Origin: a virus
Direction: 5' to 3' (one strand)
Virus genome (UHGV): UHGV-0127163
Length of the DNA: 19,476 bases
A program made the translations under genes and the position numbers. This document shows, one piece after another, positions 7,836 to 14,741 of this stretch. Every line of letters starts with the position of its first letter. The stretch's first letter is position 1. The notes under the pieces are model-generated. The model ran no database searches. It saw nothing but the letters and a program-made list of their open reading frames with translations, and was not told where the DNA came from.

Positions 7836-8288
7836 GTACCAGCCGGAAGCAAGTGTACAAACTGGTACCGCCAAAGCAGTGGCTGTTGTGGTGGGGTTGT
7901 CACTCAGGCGTATGGTCAACCTGACAATCCGGTGTCCTCAACGGGGAAAGAGTAACCCCGCCATACTTACCGCCGCGCCATTTCGCGGATTACCACAACG
8001 CTGAGAGCACTTAGCCAGTTACGGCACCACACTTTGTCGCGGCTCCATAAATGCCCTCATCGTTGCACCCTGGTCTCTTCCCAAGCGTCAAACCGAATCG
8101 CCACGCTGGTTAGGCGTCTTATCAGCATCATCATTGACTTGCACATTCCGGCTACCTGGTTTGTTTGCCCGAGCAAGGAGTGGATTGTCCCCTTTAACGT
8201 CCCCAGACCGCTAACGACGCATGTGCCATACGCCGTGTTACAACCAACCTTTCGTTAACAACAGTCTGTTGTTTGTTCAGATAATGAT

Positions 8289-8303
8289 GCTACTAAAAGT
8301 AGC
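8289..8303. promoter_or_regulatory. Candidate OL operator: palindrome GCTACT-aaa-AGTAGC related to the OR repeats
   Basis: 15-bp site with 6-bp arms; shares CTA…AAGTAG with the 13-bp repeats at 10664-10676 and 10687-10699; a further AAAAGTAG half-site at 8318-8325. Embedded in AT-rich DNA with plausible leftward -35/-10 hexamers. Confidence 0.35.
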
Positions 8304-8538
8304 AAAAATCAACAACAAAAAGTAGAAGTGTGTATTTAATTTTTAGTTTTCTATATAACGTTATGAATTAAAAGGTTTTTCACAGATGGGGGGATGTGGT
8401 GTAGTTACGTATAGAAAATATCGAGTGTCTTTTGTTTTGGTTTAATTATTAGGTTAATTAGATAGTAATAATTTTGGGGAAAATAGTGGGAACTATGGAT
8501 ACAACGGGTCAGGAACAGTGTTATTAAGCAGGCTACGA

Positions 8539-8564
8539 GTATAAAACCCGACCTGTTGGTCGGG
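8539..8564 (-). terminator. Rho-independent terminator downstream of the ParA-like gene
   Basis: On - strand: CCCGACC-aaca-GGTCGGG (8564-8547) followed by UUUUAU (8546-8541), ~37 nt after the ParA-like stop codon (8601-8603). Confidence 0.6.
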
Positions 8565-8600
8565 CGAGAATTATGTTCGTTCTAAATCATGGTTATTGTA

Positions 8601-9686
8601 TTACAGACACTTGACTACTGTTGAAACATCAGATTCTAGTGCTTCAATTTGTGCTCTATTAGCTTGGGTCGCCATACCATAGATAGTGTAACTCTTATGC
8701 TGCAGCCTACTTAAAGGGCATCCCTCATGGTTTATTATTGCTGCAAGAGTATTACCATCTTTGACATTTTGAACTCTCTCGAAAGTAGCCACATTTGTGA
8801 ACAGATGAGGATGTGTATTTAACAGGTCATCCGTGATTCTTTTGATCTCTTCTGCATGTGATTTGAATGCTTTTGCTGCATCACTTTCATTAGTTCTTGA
8901 GCGGTTTTGTACGAAAAGGTGTAGTTCAGGTAGTTCGATAAGGTTTTGCTTTGCTTCTTTGTTGAAATCTAAGAACATTTCATCTTGTTCTGACTTGTCA
9001 ATAGACACTCCATAAATAAGTTTAACAAGGTTTTTTATTCCGCGAATTGATGCAGCATCGGCAGTGCAAGGGATAATTATTCTATTTGCCGCGACTACTC
9101 CCAATTCTGTGTAGCTGGCAAAACTTGGATTACAATCAATAAAAAATGTTTTTGCTCTGTCAGAAATGTTTTTATCGGCTTCAAAAGATGCTATTAGATC
9201 TACCAGCAAAGATCGGCTTTTCTTCCATGCTTCTTTTACTGGGGATGAGCCAATGTGAGATATTAAGCGTGAACAGATATCAAGATCGACATCACCAGGA
9301 AGAATATATAAGTTCTCTGGCATTTTTGCATTAACATCATGGGCTCGTACAAAGTAAGAAGATTCATTTCCTAAACGAGACAAAGGAGATTTGCTAAAAC
9401 GCTCCTTGATATAACCTGCGATTGTAACATTTCTGTCTCGCAATTTATTTAGATTTTCTTCCCCGGTACCATTGCCACCAAGAATAATTTCTGAAACGTT
9501 TGATTGAGGGCATGAGTCAATAACCACAACATCTTGATCCGGATGAGATATAGCAAACTCAACGGCAAGATTATATGTAAGAAAAGTTTTTCCTACACCA
9601 CCTTTGTTGTTCCATACTAAATATTTTGTATTGGTGGAAATCATATCTGCTACCCCATCTGTCGCTTCAGTACGTTCATTAATCAT
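8601..9686 (-). CDS. ParA/MinD-superfamily P-loop ATPase with ~100 aa C-terminal extension; orphan gene in the cI-to-OL interval
   Basis: Deviant Walker A NNKGGVGKT, Walker A'-like VVVIDSCPQ, Walker B-like FFIDCNPSF in translation. AGGA SD 7 nt before ATG 9686. Visibly AT-richer than flanking phage DNA; preceded by a 234 bp AT-rich spacer and followed by its own terminator. Confidence 0.75.
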   Translation of the reverse strand: MINERTEATDGVADMISTNTKYLVWNNKGGVGKTFLTYNLAVEFAISHPDQDVVVIDSCPQSNVSEIILGGNGTGEENLNKLRDRNVTIAGYIKERFSKSPLSRLGNESSYFVRAHDVNAKMPENLYILPGDVDLDICSRLISHIGSSPVKEAWKKSRSLLVDLIASFEADKNISDRAKTFFIDCNPSFASYTELGVVAANRIIIPCTADAASIRGIKNLVKLIYGVSIDKSEQDEMFLDFNKEAKQNLIELPELHLFVQNRSRTNESDAAKAFKSHAEEIKRITDDLLNTHPHLFTNVATFERVQNVKDGNTLAAIINHEGCPLSRLQHKSYTIYGMATQANRAQIEALESDVSTVVKCL

Positions 9687-9920
9687 TATCGTATCCTGTT
9701 GTATAGAATTGTCTATTATTTATGTTTTATTTTGGTTTTTTTTGTGTTAGTAACGCACCCAAAGATAACATATGGTCTTTATCTTTTCTTACTTAGGGTA
9801 ACAGCTCAGTGTTAATCCATTTTTATGGACCAATGTGCCAAATAAAATTTGTATAAAGATTTTCTATCCTTATCTTTTATCATCTGTGCTCGTTTGCTTT
9901 AACGATTGCTAGATGCCTAA

Positions 9921-10661
9921 TTAAAGTCGATTATATTTAATCGACTCATGAATCAGTGCCTTACCCATAACATAAAGCTGATCTTGCGACTTCTCATCAA
10001 TGTACCATTTCTCATAGGCGGGGTTATCCGAAAGAACAGCTAGTTTGTTGCCTTGCATTTGTAGACGTTTAACATGGAAAGTCTTACCGTAAACGAAAGA
10101 GTAAACTCCATCAGTCTGGAAGTGGCGAACGGAAATGTCGACAAACAATCGATCCCCGGAAACAAGAGTTGGGGACATACTATCTCCATTTACCGTCATA
10201 ACTTTTATATCATTCTGAGAACGGTTTCCGAAAAGAGAACGGGCATGTTCAGTTGTGAACTCAATGGCGTAGAGCACATCAACATAGTCTGAAAGCATAT
10301 AGGTCCCAGGTCCTGCGCTAACGCTAAGATCCAAAACTTCTATCCTGTATACATCGGGCTTTGTTGGATTGGGGATGCTTGCCATTTCCTTACATTCCTC
10401 TCTATCTCCAACACCATATTCTAGATATGAAGCTGATACTCCAAGAGCCAACGCAAGTTTACTCATGACAGAGACACGTGGCTTCGCTGCGCCGATTGTG
10501 TATCGACGAGCCATTTCATATGTAACGCCCACAAGACTTTTGAGTTGAGTGACAGAGATTCCTTTGATTGTCATCAATTCGTTTAGTCTCTTGGCGAAAT
10601 CTGGATACTTCTGTTCTTCTACCATAGGTAGAAGATTACTCACATCGCACGCGCTAGTCAT
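9921..10661 (-). CDS. cI: CI-like prophage repressor (XRE-type HTH + LexA/S24 peptidase autocleavage domain)
   Basis: HTH segment …ISVTQLKSLVGVTYEMARRY…; C-terminal S24 signature …VNGDSMSPTL… and downstream Lys (…FHVKRLQ…). Divergent from the cro-like gene. ATG 10661 has no SD and abuts operator repeats, consistent with a leaderless pRM-type transcript; ORF-track start at 10682 is TTG. Confidence 0.8.
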   Translation of the reverse strand: MTSACDVSNLLPMVEEQKYPDFAKRLNELMTIKGISVTQLKSLVGVTYEMARRYTIGAAKPRVSVMSKLALALGVSASYLEYGVGDREECKEMASIPNPTKPDVYRIEVLDLSVSAGPGTYMLSDYVDVLYAIEFTTEHARSLFGNRSQNDIKVMTVNGDSMSPTLVSGDRLFVDISVRHFQTDGVYSFVYGKTFHVKRLQMQGNKLAVLSDNPAYEKWYIDEKSQDQLYVMGKALIHESIKYNRL

Positions 10662-10663
10662 TT

Positions 10664-10723
10664 CTATTTTAAGTAGTTGCAATTTGCTATTTTAAGTAGC
10701 ATCATCCCTCTGAATTTCAGAGG
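10664..10723. promoter_or_regulatory. OR-like operator/promoter region: two 13-bp direct repeats plus a 17-bp palindrome overlapping the cro SD
   Basis: CTATTTTAAGTAG at 10664-10676 and 10687-10699 (23 bp centre to centre); CCTCTGAA-t-TTCAGAGG at 10707-10723; cro SD AGGAGAAAGG at 10721-10730. Confidence 0.45.
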
Positions 10724-10731
10724 AGAAAGGT

Positions 10732-10971
10732 ATGTCATCTCAAAACTACACAGAGAAAGCAGTAAAGGCTGCGGGAAAATCTTTATCTGAAGTAGCCCGT
10801 CGCTTTGGTTTTAAGTCCACTCAATCCGTCGCCAATTGGGTAATTAACAATCAAGTCCCGTCAGAACGGGTTTTACAACTTTGTGAGTTGGGAAACTGGT
10901 CCGTGACCCCTCATGAACTGCGTCCTGATATTTACCCCAATCCAAATGATGGATTACCTGAGTGCTATTAA
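10732..10971 (+). CDS. cro: Cro-like HTH regulator (DicC/YdaS family)
   Basis: 79 aa, strong SD, divergent from cI; …GKSLSEVARRFGFKSTQSVANWV…VP..R…LRPDIY pattern resembles DicC/YdaS-type Cro proteins. Confidence 0.7.
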   Translation: MSSQNYTEKAVKAAGKSLSEVARRFGFKSTQSVANWVINNQVPSERVLQLCELGNWSVTPHELRPDIYPNPNDGLPECY

Positions 10972-11608
10972 AAAGTTAGCGGTTCAACTGCGTAAACGTA
11001 ACCACAGAAACGAGGAATTAACCGTGGGTAAAGAACCTGAATGGAAAGTTGATAAGCAACCAGCATGGCTGGTGGCAGCAATACGAAGAACGATTGCTGA
11101 TTTACCTCATGGCTATGAGGAAGCAGCGGAAATTCTTGGTTTGTATAAATCTGATGATATCACCCCAGCGAAAGATCAATTGCATAACAGACTGCGTAGC
11201 GGTGGGGATCAAATTTTTCCACTTGAGTGGGCCATGGTTTTACAGGATGCCAGTGGTACCAGGCATGTAACGGATGCGATAGCGCGTCGTAGTAATGGGG
11301 GGTTTGTGCCGCTGGTGGACATTGATGACATTGACAATGGTGACATTAATCAGCGGCTGATGGAGTCAATAGAATGGATTGGCAAGCATTCCCAGTACTT
11401 ACGCAAGGCAACTGCTGATGGAGTTATTGACCAGGCTGAGCGTGAGCAAATCGAAGAGAACAGCTACCAAGTAATGGCGAAGTGGCAGGAGCATTTAACA
11501 CTGTTATTTCGTGTTTTTTGTGCGCCGGAAAAGAGTAACGCCCGCGAGTGTGCAGCTCCGGGCGTCGTGGCGTCGATTGCTTCTGGTTGTGGAGAAACTA
11601 ACGCATGA
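10946..11608 (+). CDS. Hypothetical early-right protein in the cII position (possibly YdaT-like); start uncertain
   Basis: ORF overlapping the 3' end of cro in another frame; candidate starts ATG 10946 (no SD) or GTG 11024 (GAGGA SD). Family not securely recognised. Confidence 0.45.
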   Translation: MMDYLSAIKKLAVQLRKRNHRNEELTVGKEPEWKVDKQPAWLVAAIRRTIADLPHGYEEAAEILGLYKSDDITPAKDQLHNRLRSGGDQIFPLEWAMVLQDASGTRHVTDAIARRSNGGFVPLVDIDDIDNGDINQRLMESIEWIGKHSQYLRKATADGVIDQAEREQIEENSYQVMAKWQEHLTLLFRVFCAPEKSNARECAAPGVVASIASGCGETNA

Positions 11609-11933
11609 ATAGTTTAACGGCAAATAACCGTTTGTCGCAACAGCTGGTGGTCAGCGTCGCTGAACACCTGTTGTTACGGCATGAATGCAGATTACCAAAT
11701 CACCTGGCTGTAAGTAACCACAGAGAACTTTACCTGACTGTGGGGGGCGAGTTGTGCAGGAACTTAACCGCTGGTTTCGTGACGGAAGAGGGCTTTATGT
11801 CCATGTTATTCGTTGGGAGCCAGAAACACAGCGCGTTATCTATCTTCGCAAAGACTACCCGCATGAGTGCTTTAGTCCTTTGTGGAAATTCAGGCGTGAT
11901 TTTGTTGAGTGTGAAGGACCACCAGCATATTGA
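11605..11933 (+). pseudogene. Small gene split between frame 1 (11605-~11748) and frame 3 (~11748-11933) at a G6 run: frameshift mutation, homopolymer sequencing error, or -1 frameshift site
   Basis: ATG 11605 is coupled to the upstream stop (ATGA). After the G6 run (11742-11747) only frame 3 reads as protein-like (RVVQELNRWFRDGRGLYVHVIRWEPETQRVIYLRKDYPHECFSPLWKFRRDFVECEGPPAY, stop 11931-11933); frame 1 turns Ser/Ala/Gly-rich and low-complexity. Frame 3 is closed upstream by TAA 11715-11717. Confidence 0.35.
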
Positions 11934-12021
11934 TTCTGCAATTCCGGGACGTTACACTGCTCAGGCACCTTATAAAGCGGGTGCCGGGGGTCGCAGCCCG
12001 GAATTGTCAACGGCGATATAT

Positions 12022-12041
12022 GACGCGCCAGCGTCTTTTTT
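12022..12041 (+). terminator. Candidate weak intrinsic terminator (tR1-like) upstream of rha
   Basis: GACGC-gcca-GCGTC followed by TTTTTT (12036-12041); lies inside the computed 382-aa ORF, ~90 nt after the frame-3 stop. Confidence 0.4.
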
Positions 12042-12207
12042 ATCGTCCGCGCTCACGCACGCCAGAATTATGGTGGGCTGGGCAGGGGAGCCGAAAGGCT
12101 CGCCGGTCTCCGTTGACGCCGGTACTGCGAACCCTGTTCAGTCTGCCACCAGTGAGTTTCGCAGCTCCGGTGGTGGAAGTTTTCCACAGTCAACGGAGGC
12201 TGCCATC

Positions 12208-12753
12208 ATGGCTACGATCCCAACCCTCACTCAACCTGAAATTGCCATCGTTGATGGTCAGGCTGTTACTTCATCCCTGGCTGTTGCCAACTTCTTCTCC
12301 AAACGTCATGACGATGTACTGAAAAAGATCCGCACGCTTGAATGCTCTGCATCATTCACTTCCCGCAATTTTTCGGTGAGTGATTACACCGATTGCACAG
12401 GCCGCAAACTACCTTGCTATCAAATAACCCGCGACGGCTTTGCGTTTCTTGCTATGGGTTTCACGGGTAAACGTGCTGCCCAGTTCAAAGAGGCATACAT
12501 CAATGCCTTTAACCAGATGGAGAAACAGCTTTCAAATCCCTCTGTACTGAGCGACGTTGCACATAACGCCAGCGTTCTCTATTCCTACATTTCATCAATT
12601 CATCAGGTCTGGCTGCAGCAGCTTTATCCCATGTTGGCAAAAGCCGAATCCCCGCTGGCTGTAAGTCTGTATGACCGCATCAACGACGCGGCGCTACTGG
12701 CCAGTCTCATAAATTTGTCGCTGAACCCTTCAGAGGTAAGGGGGCGCAAATGA
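12208..12753 (+). CDS. rha: Rha-family phage regulatory protein
   Basis: From ATG 12208 (GGAGG SD at 12195-12199) the product begins MATIPTLTQPEIAIVDGQAVTSSLAVANFFSKRHDDVLKKIRTL…, matching the N-terminal Rha domain (…KRHDxVLrxI…). The 382-aa ORF-track version is judged an artefactual upstream extension. Confidence 0.65.
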   Translation: MATIPTLTQPEIAIVDGQAVTSSLAVANFFSKRHDDVLKKIRTLECSASFTSRNFSVSDYTDCTGRKLPCYQITRDGFAFLAMGFTGKRAAQFKEAYINAFNQMEKQLSNPSVLSDVAHNASVLYSYISSIHQVWLQQLYPMLAKAESPLAVSLYDRINDAALLASLINLSLNPSEVRGRK

Positions 12754-12974
12754 TCCGGAATATTTTCAAACGGTTTACCAATCAGACTTTCCGTTGTCCT
12801 CGTCCTGGTCAGTGGTACACCACGCCTGCAGGGCATGTTCTACGTGTCAGCCTGGTTGACCGTGAATGTCAGAAGGTGATTTGTGAACCGCTGGGCCGTA
12901 ATTACCGCATCAGTATGCCGCTTATAGCCTTTTGCTCCGGAAAAATGTTTAAGCGTCTGGGAGGTGTGGCGTGA
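12750..12974 (+). CDS. Hypothetical small phage protein (74 aa)
   Basis: ATGA start/stop overlap with rha; no domain recognised. Confidence 0.5.
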   Translation: MIRNIFKRFTNQTFRCPRPGQWYTTPAGHVLRVSLVDRECQKVICEPLGRNYRISMPLIAFCSGKMFKRLGGVA

Positions 12975-13270
12975 ACTGTTTTCAGTTTGTGTGCGGATGT
13001 GCTTTCGATAACCCGATTCAGCGCCTGATTATGTTGCGCGTTTTGATGTCGGGTTCTTCAGACGGTGAAGGCGAGAGAGTTATTGATCATCAGGTGCTTG
13101 CTGATTTCTGCTGTTGTTCTAAGCAAGCGATATTCAGGGAAACCCTGGCACTGGAAAGAGCTGGTTATCTTCATATCCGAAAAATTGCAACGCTTACTAT
13201 TGATGCAAAAGCCAGACTACAACCTGCGCGTGGCTACACAATTCTCATGCTGCGGAAGGAGGTTGTATGA
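12971..13270 (+). CDS. Hypothetical phage protein (99 aa), GTG start
   Basis: GTG 12971 after GGAGG SD, GTGA overlap with upstream stop; no domain recognised. Confidence 0.5.
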   Translation: MNCFQFVCGCAFDNPIQRLIMLRVLMSGSSDGEGERVIDHQVLADFCCCSKQAIFRETLALERAGYLHIRKIATLTIDAKARLQPARGYTILMLRKEVV

Positions 13271-14250
13271 GCCGTTACGCCCCCACACCGGAAGTTATGG
13301 CTATTGGTCAAATTAATATTTCCGGCAATGTTACACCTGCGACCTGGTGGAAATATATTCGACTACCCAGTGGGCGTCCGGATGCGACGGCTATCGCTCT
13401 GCTTTCAGAGATCGTTTACTGGTACCGCCCGACAGAGGTCAGGGATGAGCACACCGGAGCGTTGCTGGGATATCGCAAGCGTTTTCAGGGCGACAAACTG
13501 CAAAGAAGCTACCAGGCGTTTGCTGAGCAGTTTGGTTTCGGGAAAAGGGAAACCGCAGATGCGCTGAAGCGTCTGCGCGATGCAGGGTTTATTACTCTGG
13601 ATTTACGCACGGTGGAAATGCTCGATGGGGTGAAATGCAGCAATATTTTGTTTGTCGGGATCAACCCACAGGCAATTGCGGCCATCACCACACCTTCTTC
13701 TGTTTCGCCAGAAAGTAACAGCAATAATGCAATCAGCGATACAGCTATTACGTTAAAACGGAACACCCCCCGACGTCATAACGGAACAGGGGATACGCCG
13801 AATGTTGATACAAATACAGAGATTACTACAGAGATTACAACGGAGACTAAAAACACTATTGATGCATCCGCTGACGCGTCTGCGCCAGCGCGTTCTGCCC
13901 GACAGGAATATTCACCGGAATTTGAACAGGCCTGGCAGGAATATCCCAAACGTGCTGGTGGCAATTCAAAATCAGCAGCCTTCAAAGCCTGGAAAGCCCG
14001 TTTGAACGAGGGGGTAAACCCCGAAACCATGCTGGAAGGTGTGAAACGCTACGCGGGCTGGGTATCTGCGATGGGCAATAGCGGCACACAATTTGTGAAA
14101 CAGGCTGTCACGTTCTTTGGTCCGGATCGTCATTTCGAAGAATCCTGGGAAGTTCCTGCGGTATCTGCAGCCAGACGCGAGGACCCGTACTTCAAAGCCA
14201 GTTACGACAACGTGGACTACAGCCAGATCCCGACAGGATTCAGGGGGTGA
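13267..14250 (+). CDS. DnaT-like primosomal/replication protein
   Basis: GGAGG SD before ATG 13267. N-terminus (MSRYAPTPEVMAIG…) and C-terminal end (…YSQIPTGFRG) resemble E. coli DnaT (…SQIPPGFRG) as recalled; central Thr/Glu-rich repetitive linker. Confidence 0.6.
   Translation: MSRYAPTPEVMAIGQINISGNVTPATWWKYIRLPSGRPDATAIALLSEIVYWYRPTEVRDEHTGALLGYRKRFQGDKLQRSYQAFAEQFGFGKRETADALKRLRDAGFITLDLRTVEMLDGVKCSNILFVGINPQAIAAITTPSSVSPESNSNNAISDTAITLKRNTPRRHNGTGDTPNVDTNTEITTEITTETKNTIDASADASAPARSARQEYSPEFEQAWQEYPKRAGGNSKSAAFKAWKARLNEGVNPETMLEGVKRYAGWVSAMGNSGTQFVKQAVTFFGPDRHFEESWEVPAVSAARREDPYFKASYDNVDYSQIPTGFRG
13815..13850 (+). repeat. Three tandem 12-bp units inside the DnaT-like gene (iteron-like)
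   Basis: ACAGAGATTACT / ACAGAGATTACA / ACGGAGACTAAA; encodes …TEITTEITTETKNT…. Confidence 0.5.
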
Positions 14251-14252
14251 TC

Positions 14253-14741
14253 ATGAGTCTGATGAACGATGTACAGAAATTCATTGAAGCCCATCCGGGG
14301 TGTACTTCAGGTGACATTGCGGATGCTTTTGCTGGTTACTCACGACAGTGCGTTCTGCAGTCAGCAAGCAAGTTACGTCAGAGTGGCCGTGTGGCTCACT
14401 GTTGTGAAGGGAAAACACGCAGACATTTCCCACACCAGGCTGAGATATCGCAGGAGGAGAAACTGCAACCTGTTCTTGAAACCATACCTGTGCGCAATTT
14501 CTATGTCGGCACTAACGATCCCCGGGTGATTTTGTGCCTGACCCGCCAGGCGGAAGAACTGGAGTCCAGGGGCTTATACCGTCGTGCTGCAACCGTGTGG
14601 ATGGCGGCATTCCGTGAAAGCCACTCCCAGCCAGAACGAAACAATTTTCTGGCGCGTCGTGAGCGGTGCTTACGGAAAAGCAGAAAGCGCGCTGTAGCGG
14701 GTGATGAGTGGTATCTGTCAGGGAATTACGTGGGGGCTTAA
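14253..14741 (+). CDS. Hypothetical regulator; C-terminal motif resembles PerC/Pch-family activators (uncertain)
   Basis: GGGGG SD before ATG 14253 (GTG 14247 also possible). Motif …AEELESRGLYRRAATVWMAA… resembles the PerC-family signature as recalled; the N-terminal ~60 aa may be a winged helix. Not verified. Confidence 0.4.
   Translation: MSLMNDVQKFIEAHPGCTSGDIADAFAGYSRQCVLQSASKLRQSGRVAHCCEGKTRRHFPHQAEISQEEKLQPVLETIPVRNFYVGTNDPRVILCLTRQAEELESRGLYRRAATVWMAAFRESHSQPERNNFLARRERCLRKSRKRAVAGDEWYLSGNYVGA

Noticed and set aside
6785-7903. Long 372-aa version of the RdgC-like ORF starting at 7903
   Set aside because: The RdgC N-terminal motif begins at the internal ATG 7702, which has a GAGGA SD; the upstream extension overlaps the boxA-like motif and 14-bp stem and has no SD.
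7704-7919. 71-aa ORF on the - strand as a candidate N-like antiterminator
   Set aside because: TTG start with no SD, overlaps the RdgC start and the structured RNA element, and lacks an N-type arginine-rich N-terminus; most likely a chance ORF in GC-rich structured DNA.
8034-8258. 74-aa + strand ORF in the early-left leader
   Set aside because: TTG start, no SD, antisense to the early-left transcription unit, and sequence not protein-like; region treated as non-coding leader.
7900-8280. Possible tRNA or tmRNA-like gene in the GC-rich non-coding stretch
   Set aside because: No T-loop (GTTCRANYC) or cloverleaf-compatible arrangement found by eye on either strand.
9925-9946. Palindrome AGTCGATTA-tatt-TAATCGACT at the 3' end of cI as a terminator
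   Set aside because: It lies inside the last codons of cI and is not followed by a U-tract on the - strand; possibly a protein-binding site but there is no support for termination.
11605-12753. Single 382-aa ORF spanning from the cII-position gene to the end of rha
   Set aside because: The N-terminal ~200 codons downstream of the G6 run are low-complexity and not protein-like, a hairpin plus T6 lies inside it (12022-12041), and the Rha domain begins at an internal ATG (12208) with a strong GGAGG SD. Treated instead as a frameshifted small gene, an intergenic control region and a separate rha gene.
13802-14005. Short ORFs inside the DnaT-like gene (for example 13802-14005 on the + strand and 13776-14030 on the - strand)
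   Set aside because: Alternative-frame or antisense ORFs within a well-supported coding region; compositionally biased by the repeat region.
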